From NCBI GenBank assembly GCA_028534125.1, contig CM052817.1, positions 104,782,001 through 104,846,000 of the forward strand: a DNA stretch of 64,000 nt, in the 5' to 3' direction. Under the pieces are notes generated by a model that worked only from the letters and a program-made list of their open reading frames with translations, ran no database searches and had not been told where the DNA came from. Both the position numbers and the translations under genes were made by a program. How positions within the stretch are numbered: position 1 is the stretch's first letter; each line of letters opens with the position of its first letter. The DNA is from Lama glama. Taxonomy: Eukaryota. This document shows, piece by piece, positions 56,154-64,000 of the stretch.

Positions 56154-57859
56154 CGTGTTATTTGGAAGTGCTTCTTCAGAACGCATTTCAAAGACTAGCA
56201 CATGCTGAGAGACCTCATAATTCCAAGTACAGCCTTGAGACAGGCTTTTGGGTGTTGCTGATTCTTTATTAACCCAAATCCTCTTGTTTTCTGGATTCTG
56301 CTATCGCCATTCTTTGGAGACAGCAGTTACAAATCCTCTGGGCTCTCACTTAAGGAATGCATCATTCTGAGTCTCTTGAAAGAAGACTGGACCCTTAGAA
56401 AGATGTCAGCTAATAATTCATACTCAAATATACAAAAATTGCCTTTTCCCAAGTCCATCAAAACTTTTAAATTCCTAATAATGGTGGCCTCTTATAAATC
56501 TGGGTAAATATTTTGTATTGACACATGTGCCCAAATACCACTTTTGGAAAATAAAATTTACCCCTCCTAAAATTTATGGTTTAGGCTCATGTTTGATGTC
56601 TTCCTTCATCCTACCCACCAGGTGACTGGACCAAAGTGTTTATATGATCCAATGACAACTTGCTTATGGATTAGCCTAAGAAATATGTTATATGGCACAA
56701 CAAAGACAGGCAATCTGAACATATCAAATTACCTCTTGAGATAATTTGAACTAAAGAAATCCAAGGAAGTGGATCAGTTAGAAACAGGGATGAAAGCTGA
56801 CCATTATCTCAAAATATCTGGCCTGTGTCTGGCCCAAGTTATAAGGAAACATCCTGTAAGCAGGCACTGGAAGATGGTGCACAGAAGTAGGGCAGACATC
56901 CAGGTTTCCAGAGCAATGATACTATGAAGAGGAAGGGAGGTAGGGGAGGGGTGGAGAGAGAGAGCATGCACATGCTTCCATGAATCTAGTTCTGGTCTCC
57001 ATGTAACTCTTGAGAGACTCTTAACGCAGAGTGGGTCTCCATTTTAAACCAACAATCCAAATCAGAGGAATATTCTATGTGTGGCAATTCACTTACTTAG
57101 GTGTAAGCTACTACTCAAGATTATGCATACGCAGCGTCAATACACTTGGGGATTTCCAAAAGGTAATGTCCCCAGCTGTGGTAAACCCTGGTGAATTTCT
57201 GCGTATTTCCAAGTTGTACAGCAATAGTATCAATGCCTAAATCAAAACTGGAAATGTTGGCCCACGGACAGGGTTCAGCCCACAGTGGTGTCTGATTGAC
57301 CTATTTTATATTTTAAATTGGATTTTTGTACCTACAAATCTGGATTTCTGCCTTCTCTTAAAAAAATTAGTCTTGAGGGTACTCAGCTAACGTCCTGTAG
57401 GAAGACAGCCTCCTGGGTTAGAGCAGAGGGTCCACTCTTCAAGTGGTGCTTGGATTTCCAGTTTGTGATAGTTCACCATGCTGAGGTGTCCGAGTATCAG
57501 TTTCCCGTTTCTATTAGTTTTGCGCTCCTTTTTCTTATAGAACAGAAGTGTGTGTTTGTGTATGTGTTGGGGAGTGGGGGTGTAAATGTTCCTGAGACAA
57601 AAAGGAGACAAAAATGAAACAAAAATATTGTTTGTTATTGGAAGTAAGCCTATTTTTATGTACTTAATATAAAGACAGTGTGCACTTTTCTTTAAATTAC
57701 ATTTAAAGTTCCAATTTACAATTTAAATTAAATTAAATTTAAATTAAATTAAACTTATAATTTAGAATTACAATTAAAATTACATATAATTACATTTACT
57801 CTTCAATTATATTTAAAAATATAATTTCAGAAAGAATTAAGCAAGTTTGAGAAGGACTA

Positions 57860-60700
57860 GCGTTTATACATCTTTAAATGTTTGGTAGAATTCACCAGGG
57901 AAACTGTCTGGTTCTAGGCTTCTCTTCGTTGGGAGATTTTTGTTTTCCAGTTTGATCTCCTTCCTTGTTTCCAGTCTGTTCAGATGTTCTGTTTCACCAT
58001 GGTTCAGTCTTGGTAGGTTGCACCTTTCTAGGAATTAATCTCTTGTCTGTGGGTGAGTGCTTAAGGCAATGCTTTCCAGAGGCTCGAGAACCATGACCAA
58101 GAGAGACTGGAACTGGTTCAAAGGCCCTGCAGGGCCCACAGCCAGGACTGAGCTCTGTCTGCCTACTGCAGGATGCACGGGTGGGGGAGCCTCCACCCAG
58201 GTCCGTGGGGGTACAGTGCTGTTTCTCACAGGTCCCACACAGGCACTTCGTCCATGGATGGTTGCCAGACTTCTGTTGTTGATGGCAGGGACAAAGACAA
58301 GAGATGCCTCATGCTGCCATAACATCACCCCTCTGGAGCTATCTCAAAATCATCCATTCTTTAAAGGGTAGTTCAAGCTTAATCACCTGGTTCTTGTCAC
58401 TATTTCAATAGATCTTTTATAACTGGATGGATTCTGGATTCCCAGTTATCATGGGAAAGTAAATTCTTTTCTTTATTAATTTATTAGGATGTCAACAATT
58501 TCCTCTAGATTTAAAATCTGTGGCACACAGTTGCATTCCTAAACTTGTATTATTTTATTCTATCTCATTTTTTTGTTAATACTATTGTATACTACGTATG
58601 CCTTTTTATTTATTATTTTATTAATTACTTATTTGTTTAATTAATTAAAGTATAACTGAATTAAATTCAGCTTAACAGACAGTCATAATTATTTACCTCT
58701 TAAATTTTGGTTCATTTGTTTATAATTTACTGGGTAATACAATAAGATAAACACTTTTTTCCTCTCTTGTCCTCATTATCAAAGACACTGGAAGCTGTCC
58801 GTTTTTTTTTTACCAGGTACAGCTTCTTCTGTTTCTCAGTAGTTGTATTTTCCTTTTCATTTGTATCTAAGATTTGTGAATTACCTTTTTCAATTTTCTG
58901 GTCGAAGGACTATTTTAGGATCACATTTTTTAAGTGGCTAGTAGTTAAAACAGTAATTTTTAGATTATTTATTCCTAATCCATCCTGGATCATAAACTGA
59001 GACTATGCCCTGATATATATCTATGTTTTTATCTTGTTAAGGTTTCTTTGTTGTCAGGTATACAATACATTGCGTACATTGGAATACACAAGTGGACAAA
59101 ATGCATCTTATCTTTATGTCTGTTAGATCAAGTCTATTGATGGAATCGATCTGTTTGCCTTTGTCTATCCTCAGTTTTTTTTACAGCATCAGAACAGGAC
59201 TGTCTGTGTTGTATTTTTATCAGGTTCTCTCTGTATTTTTAATAATTTTGCGTTATGTATTTAACAAGCAAATTTTAGTGCGCATAGTTACGATTATGGA
59301 AGGATTGTACATTGTGCCTATTGTGGCTAAAAGATTCTTTTTTTTCCTTTTAAAAGTTTTCAAACTTAAATTGTACCTGATCGGGTTCCTATTCTTGTGG
59401 TAATTTGCATGACAGTTCAAAAGAATCAGACCATCACGTTATTTTAACCTCTCTCTAACACTTCATCTTTAGAATTTCTTGAAAAGCAGCATGCTGCTGG
59501 GTCTCAGTTTTAGTGGTCCCTTTAAACAGCATACTGTTGTTCAATCTCACAGTCTTTACTGTAATGACTGAAAAACTTGTTTTTATTCCAACTTACTTGT
59601 GCTGAATTTTAATTTTATATTTTGTTTTCTTTTTCAAACATGGCCAAGTTTCTATTTATCTTTTTTCTTTCCTTATTAATTTGGACACAATTATATGGTT
59701 CAATTTCATAAAGTATTACAATTCCTTTTCTTATTATTACAATTAGAAGTATATTTAACTGCTATTATTTGCCAACAAGATAATGCTTTTTATCTATGAA
59801 AATGCACCGTTGGACTTTCCGCAAATGCTCTACTAATCCTTTACTTACCCTTAGAGAATGTCTCTCCTGTTTTAGAAGAACTAGTTTGTACTTATTTTTA
59901 ATATCCCCCAGACCCCTTTATCCATTTGTATTTTATTACATAAGTTGCATATCCTTAAATACATATATATTGCATATCCTTAAATACATATATATACATT
60001 TTTGCCCTAATGTATATTTCTGGTAAATAGGTATCTCTTAGTTCTAATCTTTCAGAAACTGGTAAATGCTATTTTGCTACATTGTAGTGTCCAGTGTTGG
60101 AGATGAGAAAATCTGATTATTTCCCTTTATAGATAACTTTTGCTTTGAGTCTGAAGCTTGCAATTCTTTCTAAATCTTAGTATTCAAGCATGTAGCTATC
60201 TATACAGAAGTAGTCTTTTCCTACCAATTCAGAGAGGAATTGGGGTGAGAACTTACAATCTGTGATCTTTCCTCATCACAAGAAAAAAAAGTTTATTTTT
60301 TTTCCTCCTCCATATACTCCCTTTTGCCTCTGGAACATTTATCATTCACATGTTATGTTTCCTGGATCTAACATCCTTATGGTTTACCTTTTCCACCGTG
60401 ATTTCTCTCTGTACACATTTACAAAATTCTTTGAAGGAAGACTTGAAATTTAATCTTCTAAATCACTTATTTGGATCTCAAGAGTGACCTTAATTTTCAA
60501 ATTGTCTACTAAATGACTTAGTTGGAAAGTTATGCTTTATTTTAAATTTCTAGAATGGCTCTTCTGTGCTGTCTCCTTCAGTGTTCTTACTTATTTTTTT
60601 TTTTTTCCTTTCAAGTTATTGTATCTACAGCAACTCTAGTTTCCTTGGCATGTATTTTATATTTGGTAATGCTCTCGGTAGCTTCCGGGACCCCTTATAC
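57860..60700 (-). mobile_element. Patchwork of old LINE-1 fragments
   Basis: tttaaatgtttggtagaattcaccag ORF2 motif at 57870-58040; T-rich degenerate L1M-like sequence beyond. Confidence 0.55.
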
Positions 60701-61379
60701 AATAAGCCTACTCTGTTTTCCCCTTGGCTCTTGGGGTCACGTCTGGCTGATGGAGGACCCCAAGGGGCAGCAGTCACATAAACAGCAGAAGATGGGCCGA
60801 CAAAGTAGAAGGCTTGCAACCGGAGGAAGTTTGCTTCCATCCTTGCCCCCCAGCTCAGGGGTGAGGATGACTCAGCTGATCTATTTGGCTCTTTCATTTC
60901 CTTCTGGCAATAACAATACCAGTCACACTCATGTCCTGAGGGACCCATGGATTCGGCAGACCCAACTTTTCTCAGGAGCCATCACTTTCTGCTGTTTCTA
61001 CCCCAGGGGCTCCTGGTCCTGGTCTGAAAAGGCAACCTAGCCCAGGGGTGAAAAAGTTCCACTCACTTGTCTCGTGACCCTTCCCCTAGAATCCAAACCT
61101 GCACACACACCACACCCAGCTTGCTGTGGTCACTAGCAAGCAACCCAGGAGAGGCAAGTGGGTTAGAGCTGGAGAGAGAGGGGCCCTGCTCCTGCCAGTG
61201 TTTCTCAGAATTCTTTTCCCCACAAGGAGCTGTCACGTGAACAATACAGTGAGAATGTGTCATCAGCTAACAGGGCAATTTATTTATCTACGTATATTTG
61301 AAACTCACGAATAGGTAGAGACAAAGTATTCTTCTTTCTGGACCCAGAAGGAATGAAAACAACACCTAATCTTCAGATA

Positions 61380-61590
61380 GTGATGAATATATTTCAGACA
61401 TTATGCTGAGAGCTTCTCCCATCTCTGATGTACCCTTCGTGAAAACCCTGTCAAGGAGGCTCCAACTTTACAGATGAGAAAATGGAGGTTAAGTTACAAG
61501 TCCAAAGCCACACATGTGGTAACTGACAGACTGGGATTCAGATGCTGGAAGTCTGGCTTCAGATCCCACACTCTTAGTCACTGCTTTCTA
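61380..61590 (-). mobile_element. MIR SINE
   Basis: tttacagatgagaaaatggagg...gggattcaga...agtctggcttcaga...ctctta. Confidence 0.75.
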
Positions 61591-61785
61591 CTGTTCTTAG
61601 TGGGTGTGTCCTGTCCAGAGGAAGGGGAACAATTGAGCGTGATCTTTGCTAAACTGAATTCTGATTGGCTCAAGTAAGATTCAATATTCCACACAAAGTG
61701 TGATGACAGAAATAGCCCTGGGAAACATTAAGAACCCTTAGGAAATATTCATGTTCTGTATTTTCCCATTTTCCCTTTAGGCTAT

Positions 61786-62386
61786 TGTAATGGGGAAGAA
61801 CAAATATGACTCCATATTGGATCTGTCCCTTCAGCTCTAACCCTGTGCTCTGTTTCCTGGGCTCAGTCATGCTGGTTCTGCACCTTTTGTAAAAGAATGT
61901 TGCCTAGAGCCTGACATAGATAGAAGAGCCCATTCTCAAGGCTCTGACCTTTAAGGGTGCAACACTTTCCCATTGTTAGAAAGATTAAAAGTTGTAAAAC
62001 AGCATGACTGGGACATTATGCTGTACACCAGAGACTGACACATTGTAATTGACTATACTTCAATAAAAAAAAAATGTAATGGCTGAACAGAGAATAATGT
62101 ATGTCTTGCTGAAGATTTACAGGAACATCCTGACCTGACCTAGGTAGACAGCTGCAAAAACAAAAGATTCTCACACTAAGAAGTTTGCAACAACCAACCA
62201 CAACCCTTCCTCTTTTTAGTATAAAAGGAACCTGAATTCTGACTTGGCGAGGATGATTCTCTATGACATGAGTCCCCCATCTTCTTGGTCTGCTGGCTTT
62301 CCAAATAAATTCCTTACTCCAACACCTCATCTCCTGATTTACTGGCCTGTCAAGTGGCGAGAAGAATAAGTTTGGACTCAGTAACA
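61786..62386 (+). mobile_element. ERV1-type solo LTR, family A, carrying a ~70-bp L1 3' tail insert (~62004-62074)
   Basis: TG...CA termini; reverse complement of 6259-6779; insert ends aataaa plus poly(A). Confidence 0.9.
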
Positions 62387-62387
62387 C

Positions 62388-62610
62388 CAGGAGTAGGTAA
62401 ACTACAACCCATCAGCCAATTCAGTCCACTGCCTGTCTTTGCAAATAAAACTTTACTGGAACACAGCCACACCCAGCTCCGGAGTTACTGTCTATGGCTG
62501 CTTTTGACCTCAGTGTCAGAGATGAGTAGTTCTAATAGAAAGCCAATGGCTTGCAAAGTCCAAAATATTCACTGTCTGACTCTTTATAGAAAAATTCGCT
62601 GAATCTTATT
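62388..62610. mobile_element. MER58A-like hAT-Charlie element
   Basis: aaataaaa.tttactggaacacagccaca...gtctatggctgcttt...aaatatt.act.tctg..tctttatagaaaa. Confidence 0.85.
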
Positions 62611-63199
62611 GAAGATTAACATACTATCAAGAATTATTCTGGGACTTTCATCACCTTAGCATTACAACTTACTTAATATGTGACCTATTCCACTGGGTTG
62701 CTGTTCTCTGCCTTGCAATGAGAGAGGCAGCTATCTAAAACCTAATTTATGCCAAGATAGTGAAGATTGATGCTGGTTTGTATGTGTTTCTCCCAGGTGG
62801 CATTTGCTCTCTCATAGAAGCCTTCTGAAGAGAAATGTTGTAGAACAAAGAAATCAATATCTCATTTCATAATTTCAGAGTCCACAGCAAATGAGGAAAG
62901 ATCTTCCTAATTAAATTACCCTTCTAATTACATTATCTACTCCACTTTTGAGATTATTTACCACACATGTACTTTGTTTGCTTTGTCTGATATTTTGCTC
63001 TCTGGCTGTTGGGCCCTTAAATGAGTTATTATCTTTTCTATTGGTTCATTGGCTTACGTCTAGTTGCTGGAGGTCTGTAAGTGGCAGCAGTCACACAAAT
63101 GATGGAAAATGCCTTGGCACCTGCCTCTATCACCAGCAGTATAGATGCCACTGGACTGCCAGTCTATTCATTCCAGAAGAAAGACTTCAAGGAATAGTT

Positions 63200-63497
63200 T
63201 TATTTATAATTTATATATATATATAAATAAATTACATATAAGAAATTATATGTAAATTATATAATTATATACAAATAAATATAATAATATATATAAATTA
63301 TATATATGAATTACATAGTTATATATAAAATCATATTATTATATATGAATTATATATTATATATTATAATATATAACATATATAATAATACATAATATAT
63401 AATATAGGTCTATATAATATAAAATATATAAATTACATATAAATCTATAAATAAATTATATATATACATTTATATATATATTTTTTATATATATATA
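63200..63497. repeat. AT-rich low-complexity / degenerate (TA)n
   Basis: Direct reading. Confidence 0.95.
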
Positions 63498-64000
63498 TGG
63501 GACTGAAAGATAAATACTAGTTGGCAGAAAAGGAGAAGAAAAAGATCTTGTTGTAATAAGAATGTAATTATAAATATTTATGTAGATTTCTGAGGTTTAC
63601 AAAGCGCTTTCCAATGCTAATTTAATCTTTTCTACATCTTTGCAAATGTGTGTTGCACCTATATTCCCACTATGAGTCAGATAAAAGGCTCAGATGGAGC
63701 AGCTCCTAAGTGACAGAAGAACAACAAATCTGTTTTGAGGTATGAAATACCATGCACCTCTGAGCATCTGTGTTGTTTTTATTGGAAAATATGCAGAGAA
63801 GAGAGATGGAGACAAGTTAAGGGACCCTGCAGGGACAAGGCTGGGCCAGGCAGAAGCAATTTTCCTCCATGCAGAAACTTTCCTCACAGCAAGGAAGAGA
63901 AAATTAAAGGAATTCTTCAGAAATTTCTTCCTCATGTATCTGTTCATTCACTTGACAAATATTTATTGACAGACTCATGTGTCAGGCACTGTTCTAGAAT

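Noticed and set aside
59945..59998. Short ~25-bp tandem duplication (also ~19 bp at 4674-4711)
   Set aside because: Ordinary slippage duplications; not a CRISPR-like array
60555..61040. 161-aa ORF with a hydrophobic N-terminus
   Set aside because: Begins in T-rich antisense L1-like sequence; no recognisable domain

Overview
Mammalian genomic DNA, very probably a camelid (alpaca, llama or camel), judged from tRNA-Ala-derived vic-1-type SINEs. It has three uniform 500-N scaffold gaps (2079-2578, 20567-21066, 38140-38639). The window is essentially non-coding and rich in transposon relics: LINE-1 fragments, many ERV1-type solo LTRs, MaLR (MLT1) LTRs, a decayed ERVL internal region, Tigger/MER DNA transposons and L2/MIR. 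It holds one CpG-island promoter at about 4.9-5.7 kb and two small, frame-compatible candidate coding exons at 1245-2029. I cannot name any protein-coding gene, and almost all listed ORFs are gap artefacts, repeat translations or noise. I found no new multi-gene system. The most unusual signals are mechanistic: (i) a ~139-bp insertion inside an L1 whose end is a perfect inverted copy of sequence 2.1 kb away; (ii) a SINE-unique-SINE cassette that appears to have inserted as one unit into an L2; (iii) a tail-less, internally primed, 5'-inverted L1 with a TSD; (iv) a cluster of same-family solo LTRs bracketing the CpG island. Repeat family names come from recognising consensus motifs by eye and need RepeatMasker/Dfam confirmation.
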